DNA of 64,000 nt from Ruminococcaceae bacterium UBA1741. Its GTDB lineage: Bacteria > Bacillota > Clostridia > Oscillospirales > Acutalibacteraceae. Below, one piece after another: positions 18,877-28,613 of the stretch (position 1 is its first letter; every line of letters starts with the position of its first letter). The notes under the pieces are model-generated. The model was not told the origin of the DNA, did no database searches, and was given only the letters and a program-made list of their open reading frames with translations. The stretch is from contig DCHX01000029.1 in assembly GCA_002315685.1 (NCBI GenBank), forward strand, positions 16,701-80,700, given 5' to 3'. Position numbers and translations under genes: made by a program.

Positions 18877-20190
18877 TCAACCGTTTTTATATATCGAATC
18901 GGTTAAGCTTTCAAGAGCCGATTCGTTAATCAGTGAAAAAAGTTTTTCGGAAATATCGTCAAAAGATACTTCCAAAGTATCGCCTGTTGCCATATTCTTA
19001 ATAACCGACTTGTTTGTTTCAAGCTCGTTATCGCCGATAACGGTAGAGAATGATGCACCGATTTTGTCGGCATACTTCATTTGTGCTTTAAGTCCCCGAC
19101 CGCATATATCGGTTTGTGCTTCAAAGCCGTCTTTACGAAGCTTAGCACAAATCATACTCGCTTTAATACTTGCATTTTCGCCCATAGGCGCTATATAAAT
19201 ATCGCATTTTTTATCAGGGGGTAACTCGGTCTTTTGGTTTTGAAGTAAAAGCAAAAGTCTTTCAATTCCCATAGCGAATCCTAACGAAGGTGTAGGATTA
19301 CCGCCCATTTGACCTATAAGACCGTCATAACGACCGCCGCCGCAAACGGTAGATTGAGCACCGACACTACCCGATACAAACTCGAAAACAGTTCTCGTAT
19401 AATAGTCAAGTCCGCGTACAATGTGCGGGTTTATCGTGTATTTAAGACCTATTGAGTCAAGATGTTTTTTAACGCTCGAAAAATGCTCGTTACATTCGTC
19501 GCATAAATAATCAATAACAACAGGGGCATTTTTTGCGATTTCAGAGCAAACAGGCGACTTACAATCAAGAATTCTCATTGGGTTTCGTTCGAGTCTGTCC
19601 TTGCAGGTATCACAAAGCTCGTCCAAGTGAGAATTAAAATATTCTTTTAATGCCTTTTGGTATTCTTTTCGGCAGGTAGGACAACCGATAGAGTTTATTT
19701 CAAGAGAAATATCCTTAACACCTATGTCGCAAAGCACCTGATTTGCAAGAGCTATTACCTCCGCATCGGCAGAGGGGTTTCCGGCACCGATACATTCAAC
19801 ACCGAATTGGTGAAATTCACGAAGCCGACCTGCTTGTGGTTTTTCGTAGCGGTAGCAACCGCCTATATAACAAACCTTTTGGGGAAGTGCATCGTAAATA
19901 AGACCGTGTTCTATACTGCTTCTGATAACACCTGCGGTAAGCTCGGGGCGAAGTGTAATGGAACGACCGCCCTTATCGTCAAAGGTGTACATTTCCTTTT
20001 GAACAACATCGGTAGTATCGCCGACATTCCTCGAAAACACCTCGGTATGTTCAAAAACGGGTACACGAATTTCTCTGAATCCGTAAAGTCGGGCGGTTTC
20101 AAGCATAGTTTTCTCTAAAAACTGCCAACGGTGAGAATCATTCGGCAAAACATCGCCCGTACCTTTAATTGCGTGATTTATTTCAGCCAT
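18877..20190 (-). CDS. hisS: Histidyl-tRNA synthetase
   Basis: 437 aa with class II motifs, GGGRYD and HisRS-type N-terminal sequence. Confidence 0.95.
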   Translation of the reverse strand: MAEINHAIKGTGDVLPNDSHRWQFLEKTMLETARLYGFREIRVPVFEHTEVFSRNVGDTTDVVQKEMYTFDDKGGRSITLRPELTAGVIRSSIEHGLIYDALPQKVCYIGGCYRYEKPQAGRLREFHQFGVECIGAGNPSADAEVIALANQVLCDIGVKDISLEINSIGCPTCRKEYQKALKEYFNSHLDELCDTCKDRLERNPMRILDCKSPVCSEIAKNAPVVIDYLCDECNEHFSSVKKHLDSIGLKYTINPHIVRGLDYYTRTVFEFVSGSVGAQSTVCGGGRYDGLIGQMGGNPTPSLGFAMGIERLLLLLQNQKTELPPDKKCDIYIAPMGENASIKASMICAKLRKDGFEAQTDICGRGLKAQMKYADKIGASFSTVIGDNELETNKSVIKNMATGDTLEVSFDDISEKLFSLINESALESLTDSIYKNG

Positions 20191-20208
20191 TTATATTATC
20201 CTTTCAAG

Positions 20209-20610
20209 CTAATTGCCTCTAACGATTTCGCGCCAATCAAGGTCGCCTCGTTCAAGACCGTGAATAAGCATTTCGGCAGTAGCAATATTAGTAGCAACCG
20301 GAATATTATGAACATCACATAAACGCAAAAGCTCGTTATATTCAATATCATTTGTTTGAGAACCGAGCGGGTCACGGAATAAAAGCAAAAGGTCAATTTC
20401 ATCACAACCGATTCGGGAAGAAATCTGTTGTGTGCCACCCTGTGCACCACCCAAGAAACCGGTAATTTCAAGACCGGTGGCCTCGGAAACGGTTTTCGCC
20501 GTGGTACCCGTAGCAACTAAACTGTGCTTGTTTAGTATTCCGCAATAAGCAATACAAAATTGCACCATAAGTTCTTTCTTTGAGTCATGTGCGATTAGTG
20601 CGATTTTCAT
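20209..20610 (-). CDS. mgsA: Methylglyoxal synthase
   Basis: MKIALIAHDSKK N-terminus and ATGTTA motif. AAGGAGAA RBS before the ATG at 20610. Confidence 0.92.
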   Translation of the reverse strand: MKIALIAHDSKKELMVQFCIAYCGILNKHSLVATGTTAKTVSEATGLEITGFLGGAQGGTQQISSRIGCDEIDLLLLFRDPLGSQTNDIEYNELLRLCDVHNIPVATNIATAEMLIHGLERGDLDWREIVRGN

Positions 20611-20624
20611 AAATTTGTTCTCCT

Positions 20625-21353
20625 TTATATGTTTTTGGGGTTTGGCAGCAGTATTCTTTCGCCGCACAAACGCCCTGTAATTCTTTTTAATGCGTTATAG
20701 GTATCTCCGAAACGACCTATTTTTTTGGTAATAGGAAAAAGCATAAGCTCGTTAGAGATAGGAACAACACCTAAAAGCTGAATTTTTGAAATATCAACTA
20801 AACTGTCAAAGTTTTTATATGTGCCGTTTTTCATAAGCGCAATATCAAACTTGTTGATAATTAAAAGCGGTTTTTCCTTTTTGTCATCAAATTTATCCGA
20901 CACAACCGAAGCATCACGAATTGATACGGGGTCGGGGTTTGATACACAAATATATTTAAGGTTTTTAATATCCTCCGTAAGCGAAAAATCAAGTCCCGCA
21001 GACATATCAATTATCACAACATCAAATAGATTTTTTGATGTTTCAATAAAATCGGTAAATAAGTTTTTGTCTATCTCTTTGTTTTTCGGCGGAGCAGGGA
21101 CAATACAAATGTTTTCGTAATTTTCGGGATAATAAAATGCGGATTCAAAATCTCTGCTTGTTAAAGCATCCGAAAGGTCAAAAACAACATCCTTTTCTAC
21201 ACCGAAAAAAATGTCAAGCGACGGAAGACCGATGTCAAGGTCAACAAGCAAAACTTTTAATTTTCTTTTAGCAAAAGCAACGGCCAATCCGCACGAAATT
21301 GACGATTTTCCCGTACCTCCTTTTCCGGAGACGAGAGCTAAACAAAAACTCAT
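20625..21353 (-). CDS. MinD/ParA-family P-loop ATPase (MinD-like, truncated C-terminus)
   Basis: Deviant Walker A SGKGGTGKS, VDLDIGLPSLD and VIIDMSAG align with MinD throughout. The protein ends at ...GERILLPNPKNI with no amphipathic tail. Confidence 0.75.
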   Translation of the reverse strand: MSFCLALVSGKGGTGKSSISCGLAVAFAKRKLKVLLVDLDIGLPSLDIFFGVEKDVVFDLSDALTSRDFESAFYYPENYENICIVPAPPKNKEIDKNLFTDFIETSKNLFDVVIIDMSAGLDFSLTEDIKNLKYICVSNPDPVSIRDASVVSDKFDDKKEKPLLIINKFDIALMKNGTYKNFDSLVDISKIQLLGVVPISNELMLFPITKKIGRFGDTYNALKRITGRLCGERILLPNPKNI

Positions 21354-21380
21354 ATTAAAACTCCTAATAAATATTTAATT

Positions 21381-21409
21381 ATTTTATCACAAATAAGATA
21401 TTTTGTCAA
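21381..21409 (-). promoter_or_regulatory. Sigma-70-type promoter upstream of the MinD-like gene
   Basis: On the minus strand: TTGACA (21409-21404), 17-nt spacer, TAAAAT (21386-21381) with TG two bases upstream. Confidence 0.6.
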
Positions 21410-21447
21410 TTTTTGTAAGAGATTGTTTTATGCAAATTTAAGCCAAT

Positions 21448-23421
21448 TTAATCTAAAACGGTATATGGCATAGTAGAGCTGTCGGCTACTTGTGTAGAAT
21501 TGAAATAAGCATCAAGCAAGGTTCTTACCAATGTACCCGATGAATAGCCGGAATTTCCGTGTTCGAGAACTACCGAAATTGCAATTTCGGGGTCGTCAAA
21601 GGGGGCAAAAACGATAAATGTGCTGTGGTCGGGACCGCTGTTGGTTTGCGCAGTACCTGTTTTACCGCCTATTTTTATAGGATAATCTCCGAGAGCGGCA
21701 CGGCCGGTACCGTCAACGGTAACCGAAAGCATACCCTCTTTTATAGCCTTAATTGTTGAAGCTTTAACAGAAACTTTGTTCAAAACCTCCGGCTTTGCCT
21801 CGTCATAGGTTTCGGACATATCATAAGAAGTAATTTTCTTAATCAGCGAAACCTTATAATGTGTACCGCCGTTTGCAAAGGTGGCAACATAGTTTGCGAG
21901 CTGTAAAGGTGTAAAGGCGTTTAACTGACCGATGGATATTTGAAGAGTATCACCGCCGAAGCCATTACTTTTAGGCTCAACTAAAATACCGGCATTATCA
22001 TCAACCTCGACACCCGTTTTAACACCGAGACCGAACTGCTTAAAATAGCTTGTGAGGGTTAAAGCACCTACACGCCTGCCAAGCTCAAAGAAAAAGTAGT
22101 TACAGCTTTTTGATAAAGCGGTAGTAAGACCGATAGTTCCGTGAGTGTGCATACAAGACGGTTGGTAGTCATCAAAATACCTATAAGTATGAACGCAACG
22201 AATTGACTCGCCGATTTGGTATTTATTGTTTTCAAGAGCGGCGGTGGCAACTATCGGCTTAATGGTAGAGCCGATAGGGTAAACACCGCAAAAGGCACGG
22301 TTAGTAAGGGGGGAATTAGCGGCTTTGCTTGTTAGGTATTCGTAATTTTCGGCAAGTGTGGCGCTATCGTATGTAGGGTAGTTTGCGGCGCAAATTACTT
22401 TTGCATCGGCAATGTTAATCATAACCGCAGTACCCGCAGTAGCGGTAGGCAGCGATTTGACCGTGCTTTCAAGTGCGTCCTGAGCCGTTCGCTGAATATT
22501 TTTATCAAGGGACAGCATAACGGTTTTACCCGCAACAGGCTTTTTTGTGATTTCGGAATCAACTATATTTCCCTTTGAATCAATATAGTAGGTAATCTCG
22601 CCGTCATCACCTCTAAGGCTATCCTCGGCATAATACTCGATACCGCTTTTTCCTACCTTATCGTCAAAAGAGTATCCTCGCTCCTTATATTTTTCTCCGT
22701 CCTCCCAGTCGTCTTCAAAAATAGGGCCTACCGTGCCGATTAAATTTACGGCAAGTGAGGTGTCTGAATACTCCCTAAACGGTACCACCTCAACACTGAC
22801 ACCCGAAAGCATAAATCCCGATTCGGAGATTTTTCTCATAAGCTCGGTGGGAATATCCTCCGCAAAGGTATAAGGGTAAGATATAGAAAAATCGGCTATT
22901 TCCATAGAATAGCGAACACCCATTATTTTTCGTTGGTCTTGCGTGCTGTACTTTTCAAGCTCGTATTTATTTATCATTCTGCTTAAACAGTTTTTTGCCG
23001 TTGCATAATGGGCAAGACCTAATGTTTTTATAAGCTTATCGGTTGACTCGCCCTCAACAAAACTAAACGGCTCGGCAGTAGTAATGGGGAGCTTGTCCGT
23101 ATAAGAAACATTATTTTGATTCAAAAGGTTAATAAGAGTTAAGATTACATCGTTTAAGTCCTCTTTTACATAAGCCTTGTTGAATACGATATTATATCCG
23201 TCACGGTTTACGGCAATTTTACGGCCGTTACAATCAATTATTTCTCCTCTCGGAGCTTTTAATACAGCCGTAAGTGATGTCGTACTTCCCGATATTGAGG
23301 AGTATTTATCCGCATTTTTTACCTGAATATAATAAATTCGTGCGGAATAAATAATAATTAGAATTATTAAGATTACCGAAAGTACAATAAGCGGCACCTG
23401 TCGCTTTTTGTTAAAAGGCAT
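21448..23421 (-). CDS. mrdA: Penicillin-binding protein 2 (elongasome transpeptidase)
   Basis: N-terminal TM segment, SxxK (STIKP), SCN and KTGTA motifs. It lies directly after mreBCD. Confidence 0.9.
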   Translation of the reverse strand: MPFNKKRQVPLIVLSVILIILIIIYSARIYYIQVKNADKYSSISGSTTSLTAVLKAPRGEIIDCNGRKIAVNRDGYNIVFNKAYVKEDLNDVILTLINLLNQNNVSYTDKLPITTAEPFSFVEGESTDKLIKTLGLAHYATAKNCLSRMINKYELEKYSTQDQRKIMGVRYSMEIADFSISYPYTFAEDIPTELMRKISESGFMLSGVSVEVVPFREYSDTSLAVNLIGTVGPIFEDDWEDGEKYKERGYSFDDKVGKSGIEYYAEDSLRGDDGEITYYIDSKGNIVDSEITKKPVAGKTVMLSLDKNIQRTAQDALESTVKSLPTATAGTAVMINIADAKVICAANYPTYDSATLAENYEYLTSKAANSPLTNRAFCGVYPIGSTIKPIVATAALENNKYQIGESIRCVHTYRYFDDYQPSCMHTHGTIGLTTALSKSCNYFFFELGRRVGALTLTSYFKQFGLGVKTGVEVDDNAGILVEPKSNGFGGDTLQISIGQLNAFTPLQLANYVATFANGGTHYKVSLIKKITSYDMSETYDEAKPEVLNKVSVKASTIKAIKEGMLSVTVDGTGRAALGDYPIKIGGKTGTAQTNSGPDHSTFIVFAPFDDPEIAISVVLEHGNSGYSSGTLVRTLLDAYFNSTQVADSSTMPYTVLD

Positions 23422-23442
23422 TTCTTCGCCTCCGATTTTGAA

Positions 23443-23937
23443 TTATAGTTTGATTACCTTTTTCTCAAATATGTATAATAAAAAGGCAATAACAGTTGTA
23501 TAAATTACGGACGGAATTGTTGTGCTCCAAAAGTATGAAAACATTTCCGATATACTTGATTTCGAATAAAATAAAACAATTCTGATTGCAAAATAGATAA
23601 CCGAATATGCACCGCTTAACACTAAACTTGCTAAAATATTGTTGTTGAACAAGTAATGGACAAGCAAAGTAACCGATAGGCAAATAACAGGAAATATTAT
23701 TGAATTAAATCCAAAGCTCGTGCTTGATATAGCATCAATAATTATTCCCATAACAAGTCCGGTAAACGCCGAGTAAATTTCGGAAGAAAGCATAGAAATT
23801 ATAATTATAAACGCAAAAGGTAAGAAAGGAACTGCGTTACCGATTTTCAATGAAAAATACCCGTTATACTGAACGAAAATTAAAAAAAGTGCAATAAAAA
23901 CATTTATGAAAAAGCTTTTCTTTTTTGATGTGTCCAT
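23443..23937 (-). CDS. mreD: Rod shape-determining protein MreD
   Basis: Small polytopic membrane protein directly after mreC. Start at the ATG at 23937, one nt after the mreC stop. Confidence 0.8.
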   Translation of the reverse strand: MDTSKKKSFFINVFIALFLIFVQYNGYFSLKIGNAVPFLPFAFIIIISMLSSEIYSAFTGLVMGIIIDAISSTSFGFNSIIFPVICLSVTLLVHYLFNNNILASLVLSGAYSVIYFAIRIVLFYSKSSISEMFSYFWSTTIPSVIYTTVIAFLLYIFEKKVIKL

Positions 23938-23938
23938 A

Positions 23939-24796
23939 TTATTCACCTGCGGGATTAAGACCGCCTTGACCTTCAAATGAGGTAATAACCATTACCTTTC
24001 TTATTGAAGAAAAGTCAACAAACGGAACAACATCGGCATAAATCGAATAGTTATAATCATCGTTACCGATAGACTTAATAGAGCCTACAAGTAAGCCGTC
24101 AGGGAAGATGCCCTCACCCGAGGTTACAACATAGTCGCCTATCGCAATACTCGAAGAACGGGCAAGATTTGAAAACCTGCACATACCCTTTTGGGCAAGT
24201 TGAAGATTACCCTTTAATATTCCCGAATCGGCAGTACGGCTGTCAAGAGCACCTAATGTAAGGTTAGAGCTTAAAATGGTAGTAACCTTAGCGGTGGTAG
24301 AGCCGATTTCGGAAATAAAGCCGACTAAACCCTCATCCGTTATTACGGGGTCGTTTACTTTAAGCTCGCTTGCCAAACCCTTGTTTATGGTAAAACCGTA
24401 AAACGGGTCGGTAGTATCACGGGAGATTACAGTAGCAGGGCAAAATGTAAAGTCCTCGTTTTTTTCTTTGATACCCAAATAGTTTTTGTAAAATTCATTT
24501 TCCGATTTCATTTCATCATATTCGGCAGATTTTTTCCTAAGCTCATTTAATTCGTCGGAAAGCTCGGTATTAGTAACCATTAGGTCGTTTCCGCCCTTAT
24601 ATGTGGAAATGAAATCCTTTATTCCGTTATTTACCGCAGTAGAAAGATTTCTAAACGGAGCGGTAATAATCCCCGCAATATCGGTAAACGGGGCCATACG
24701 GCTACCTGCGAATCCGAATGCAAGGGCAAGTATAACAACAACTAAGAATACAGAAAGTATAGTCTTAAATTGTCGACTGCGAAAGAAAAAACGCAT
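23939..24796 (-). CDS. mreC: Rod shape-determining protein MreC
   Basis: N-terminal TM segment, a coiled-coil segment, then a beta-rich domain. Its position is between mreB and mreD. Confidence 0.9.
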   Translation of the reverse strand: MRFFFRSRQFKTILSVFLVVVILALAFGFAGSRMAPFTDIAGIITAPFRNLSTAVNNGIKDFISTYKGGNDLMVTNTELSDELNELRKKSAEYDEMKSENEFYKNYLGIKEKNEDFTFCPATVISRDTTDPFYGFTINKGLASELKVNDPVITDEGLVGFISEIGSTTAKVTTILSSNLTLGALDSRTADSGILKGNLQLAQKGMCRFSNLARSSSIAIGDYVVTSGEGIFPDGLLVGSIKSIGNDDYNYSIYADVVPFVDFSSIRKVMVITSFEGQGGLNPAGE

Positions 24797-24815
24797 TTAT
24801 ATTCCTCCGAAAAGT

Positions 24816-25835
24816 TTATCTGAATCTCTTTCCTCTACGGAAAACATAGTTTTCAAAACCGCTGTTTGCTTCAAGTCGCTTTGCAGTACCTAAAACAACA
24901 CAGTCAAGCGGGTCCATAGCAACCGAAACGGGAATTCCCGTTTCTTCGGCAATAAGCTCGGCAAGACCTCGAAGAAGTGCGGTACCGCCCGTAAGGGTAA
25001 TACCCTTATCAATAATATCGGCCGAAAGTTCAGGCGGAGTTTTTTCGAGAGTCAGTCTAATGGCGTCAATTATTTGAGAAATCGGGTCTGCCATTGCGTT
25101 TCTTACTTCCTTTGAGGTAATAGTAACATTTTTAGGCAAGCCGTCAACAACATTTCGTCCCTTTATTTCAATTTCGGTTTCATCCTCATAAGGCTTTGCA
25201 GAGCCGATTTGGATTTTTATTTGTTCGGCGGTGCGTTCGCCTATCAAAAGATTATGTTTCTTTCTTATATATGAAATAATTGATTCGTCAAGATTATCTC
25301 CGGCAATTCTAACCGATTGAGCGGTAACAATATCGCCGAGCGAAATAACCGCAACCTCGCTTGTGCCTCCGCCTATATCAACTACCATACATCCCGAAGC
25401 ATCCCAAATAGGAAGCCCTGCACCCACAGCGGCAGCCATAGGCTCTTCAATAAGGTCAATATCGGTAGCACCCGCCTGCTTTGCGGCATCGTAAACAGCA
25501 CGGCTTTCAACCTCGGTAATACCCGCAGGAATACAAATTACCATTCTGACCTTTGAAAAGAATGAGCCTTTAAGCGCTTGGGAAACAAACCTTTTAAGCA
25601 TTGCGGCGGTAACATCAAAGTCGGCTATAACACCGTCCTTTAACGGACGAACCGCAACAATAGAGCCGGGAGTTCTGCCTATCATTTCCTTTGCTTCGGC
25701 ACCAACTGCTCTGACGGCGTCGTTTCTTACATCGTAAGCTACAACCGAAGGCTCTCTCATAATAATGCCTTTTCCCTTAACACAAATAAGTGTGTTTGCG
25801 GTACCGAGGTCAACACCTATATCTCTTGTAAACAT
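24816..25835 (-). CDS. mreB: Rod shape-determining actin homologue MreB
   Basis: [12 protein letters not shown]-terminus, with a DIGGGT motif further in. Confidence 0.97.
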   Translation of the reverse strand: MFTRDIGVDLGTANTLICVKGKGIIMREPSVVAYDVRNDAVRAVGAEAKEMIGRTPGSIVAVRPLKDGVIADFDVTAAMLKRFVSQALKGSFFSKVRMVICIPAGITEVESRAVYDAAKQAGATDIDLIEEPMAAAVGAGLPIWDASGCMVVDIGGGTSEVAVISLGDIVTAQSVRIAGDNLDESIISYIRKKHNLLIGERTAEQIKIQIGSAKPYEDETEIEIKGRNVVDGLPKNVTITSKEVRNAMADPISQIIDAIRLTLEKTPPELSADIIDKGITLTGGTALLRGLAELIAEETGIPVSVAMDPLDCVVLGTAKRLEANSGFENYVFRRGKRFR

Positions 25836-25849
25836 AAATTTCTAATCTC

Positions 25850-26746
25850 CTAAACTTCTTTATTGGGAACTACAAGGTGGATTGCGGAATGAAGGTTTGT
25901 AGCCGTGATTTCATCGGCACCTTCGAAAAACTCGCCGTCAAGTGTCCACGGAATATCCTTTGAGCCGATTACCTTAATTTCTTTTGTATGGAAAAATTCT
26001 ATTCCGTCTCTGTTAAGGTCTCGGCGAAGAATACCATCTACAATACCTTGAAATTGCGGAATACTTACAGGCTTTTTAATAAGCATTACTTCAAATTCGC
26101 CGTCATTAAGCTGAACTGTTCTCTCATCGAATTTAACAATACCGCCAACCGACATAGAGTTTGAAACGGCACCGAAAAGAAAATCTCCGTCAACTGTCTT
26201 TTCTTCACATTCAAATCTAAGGTGTAACGGCTTAATATTGCCGAGACTTTTAATTCCCTCAAAGAAATATGCGGCTTGACCTAAAACATTTTTAACATCC
26301 TGAGGTGCCGAATATGAAGCCTCGGTAAAAGCACCGAACGATGCGGTGTATGAAAAATACTTATCACCGAACTTACCTATGTCAAGGTCAATTTCTCTGC
26401 CCGTTAAAATGTCGGCGGCGGCACAAGTAATATTTCTCGAAATGCAAAGACCGCTCGACCATTCGTTAAGGGTACCTGAGGGAATATAACCCAATGTGTA
26501 TTTTTTGCCCGAAATCATAAGACCGGAAATAACCTCGTTAAGTGTTCCGTCTCCACCGCAAACAACTATTTTATCAAATTCGTTGTCTTCTATTCTCAAA
26601 ACCCTTTCGGTAGCATCGGCACGGGCTTTTGTAATATAAACCGTAACATCATATTCACTTGATAATTGCTCGGCAACACCTAACAGTTCACTTCGCATTT
26701 TGGCGCGTCCCGATTTCGGATTTACAATTAAAAGTAGTTTTTTCAC
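25850..26746 (-). CDS. dagK: Diacylglycerol kinase-family lipid kinase (YegS/DagK type)
   Basis: LIVNPKSG and CGGDGTLNEV motifs, 298 aa. Confidence 0.85.
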   Translation of the reverse strand: MKKLLLIVNPKSGRAKMRSELLGVAEQLSSEYDVTVYITKARADATERVLRIEDNEFDKIVVCGGDGTLNEVISGLMISGKKYTLGYIPSGTLNEWSSGLCISRNITCAAADILTGREIDLDIGKFGDKYFSYTASFGAFTEASYSAPQDVKNVLGQAAYFFEGIKSLGNIKPLHLRFECEEKTVDGDFLFGAVSNSMSVGGIVKFDERTVQLNDGEFEVMLIKKPVSIPQFQGIVDGILRRDLNRDGIEFFHTKEIKVIGSKDIPWTLDGEFFEGADEITATNLHSAIHLVVPNKEV

Positions 26747-26758
26747 AAAAAATTCCTC

Positions 26759-27766
26759 CTACCTATAATCAATCGGTAATGTCGAAACGGCATTAAGACT
26801 TGTATCGCCGATATTACCGTCTTTGTATTCGTAATAAGCCTGAACTCCGACCATAACGGCATTATCTCCGCAATATTTAAGCTCGGGATAATATAATTTA
26901 ATATTTCTTTTTGAACATTCTTCCGAAAGTCTTGAACGAAGCTCCGAGTTCGCCGAAACACCGCCTGCTACTACTAATTTTTTGTAATTGTATTTTTCGG
27001 TAGCCCTTAAAGTATTTTCAATAAGCATATCGCAAACACGCTGTCTTACCGTGGCGGCAAGAACGGGGACATCAATTTCTTCGCCCTTTTGACCTAAATT
27101 ATGTATTAAATTTATTACAGCGGTTTTAAGTCCCGAAAAGCTGAAATCAAATTCGTTGCCCGAAATTTTAGGGAACGGAAGCGGATATTTTTTAAGGTCT
27201 GCAACGGTGGCAATTTTGTCAAGCGTTACACCGCCGGGATAAGGAAGCCCCAATGCCCTCGCCGTTTTGTCAAAGCATTCTCCTGCGGCATCATCCCTCG
27301 TGCCTCCGATAGGCTCAAACTTCGTATAGTCGGTAACACGGGTAAGTATTGAGTTGCCTCCCGATACGGTAAGGCATAAAAACGGAGGTTCAAGCTCGTT
27401 GTTTTCAATATAGTTAGCCGCAATATGCGAACGAAGATGATGAACGGGGATTAGGGGAATACCGAGCGACATAGCAAGTCCCTTTGCAAAATTAACCCCT
27501 ACAAGCAAAGCACCGATTAAACCGGGCGCAAAGGTAACGGCAACAGCATCTAAATCTTCGTATTTTATGTTAGCCTCTGATATTGCACTGTCGCAAACTT
27601 GATTTATAGCCTCGGTATGCCGTCTTGAAGCAATTTCGGGAACAACACCGCCGTAAATACGGTGTTCGGCAATTTGAGTTGCAACGATATTCGATAAAAC
27701 GCGTCGTCCGTCGGTTACGGCAGCGGCGGTTTCATCACAGGACGATTCAATCGCAAGTATCAGCAT
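26759..27766 (-). CDS. tsaD: tRNA N6-adenosine threonylcarbamoyltransferase
   Basis: ILAIESSCDETAAAV N-terminus and VHHLRSH metal motif. Confidence 0.95.
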   Translation of the reverse strand: MLILAIESSCDETAAAVTDGRRVLSNIVATQIAEHRIYGGVVPEIASRRHTEAINQVCDSAISEANIKYEDLDAVAVTFAPGLIGALLVGVNFAKGLAMSLGIPLIPVHHLRSHIAANYIENNELEPPFLCLTVSGGNSILTRVTDYTKFEPIGGTRDDAAGECFDKTARALGLPYPGGVTLDKIATVADLKKYPLPFPKISGNEFDFSFSGLKTAVINLIHNLGQKGEEIDVPVLAATVRQRVCDMLIENTLRATEKYNYKKLVVAGGVSANSELRSRLSEECSKRNIKLYYPELKYCGDNAVMVGVQAYYEYKDGNIGDTSLNAVSTLPIDYR

Positions 27767-28613
27767 TAAATAAAAACCTTCTTGTCATTATATTAGCGTT
27801 TTCACGGGGTAGTTTGTAAAAATCTTTTCTTTGACCTTCTAAATTAAAGCCGAGTTTTTGATAAAGAGCAACAGCGGTTTGGTTTGACTGCCTGACTTCG
27901 AGCGAAACAAACGAAAGCTTTTTCTCTCTCGCAAAGGAAAAGCACCTGTTTAACAGCAAAGCAGCAACGCCTTTGTTCCTTGAATTTTCCTCAACGGCTA
28001 TGCTTGTGATATAGCCCTCGTCAAGAATAAAGTTTAGTCCTACATATCCTATTAAATCTTCGTTTTCAAGCGCCGTGAAGAAAACGGTATTGTTTTTTGA
28101 GGACTCAATTATCGAGCTTTCACTCCAAGGCTCACTGAAATATTTTTCTTCGAGCTTTGCGATTTTTTTAATATCATCTTGATTCATAGGCTTGATTTTC
28201 GCATTGCCGAAAAATCCGCCGAAAACAAGCTTGTCAATCTCGTCCGCAATTTTTGTAAGGGCGCTTTCGTAAAACTCAATATCGTAACCGTAAGGGTCAA
28301 ATATTCCGTTTCCGAGCACAAAAACCTTTGAGCTTGAAAATCCGTTTTGTATTAAAAAATCTCTTATTTCGCTTGACATAGTGAAAATATAATCACTCTC
28401 AAAATCCTTTTGACCGATAGGAGAAGAAGTATGATTTTCAAGCGAAAAGCCGAATTTTTTTGCTATAATTCTTGAATTTTCAGAGGCAGGCATACCACCT
28501 TGCGATAATCCACGGCTGTTTGCGAAAATATTTTTAAGCTTTAATGAATTAAAATATCCTTCGGCAAACGGACTGCGGCAGGTGTTGCCCGAACAAACAA
28601 AAGTAACTGTCAT
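27747..28613 (-). CDS. rimI: Fusion protein: low-molecular-weight phosphotyrosine/arginine phosphatase domain plus RimI-type GNAT acetyltransferase domain
   Basis: The N-terminal domain carries the CX5R(S/T) loop VCSGNTCRS and DPYG. The C-terminal domain is GNAT with RNKGVAALLL and a RimI-like ending. It overlaps the tsaD start by 20 nt. Confidence 0.8.
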   Translation of the reverse strand: MTVTFVCSGNTCRSPFAEGYFNSLKLKNIFANSRGLSQGGMPASENSRIIAKKFGFSLENHTSSPIGQKDFESDYIFTMSSEIRDFLIQNGFSSSKVFVLGNGIFDPYGYDIEFYESALTKIADEIDKLVFGGFFGNAKIKPMNQDDIKKIAKLEEKYFSEPWSESSIIESSKNNTVFFTALENEDLIGYVGLNFILDEGYITSIAVEENSRNKGVAALLLNRCFSFAREKKLSFVSLEVRQSNQTAVALYQKLGFNLEGQRKDFYKLPRENANIMTRRFLFNADTCD

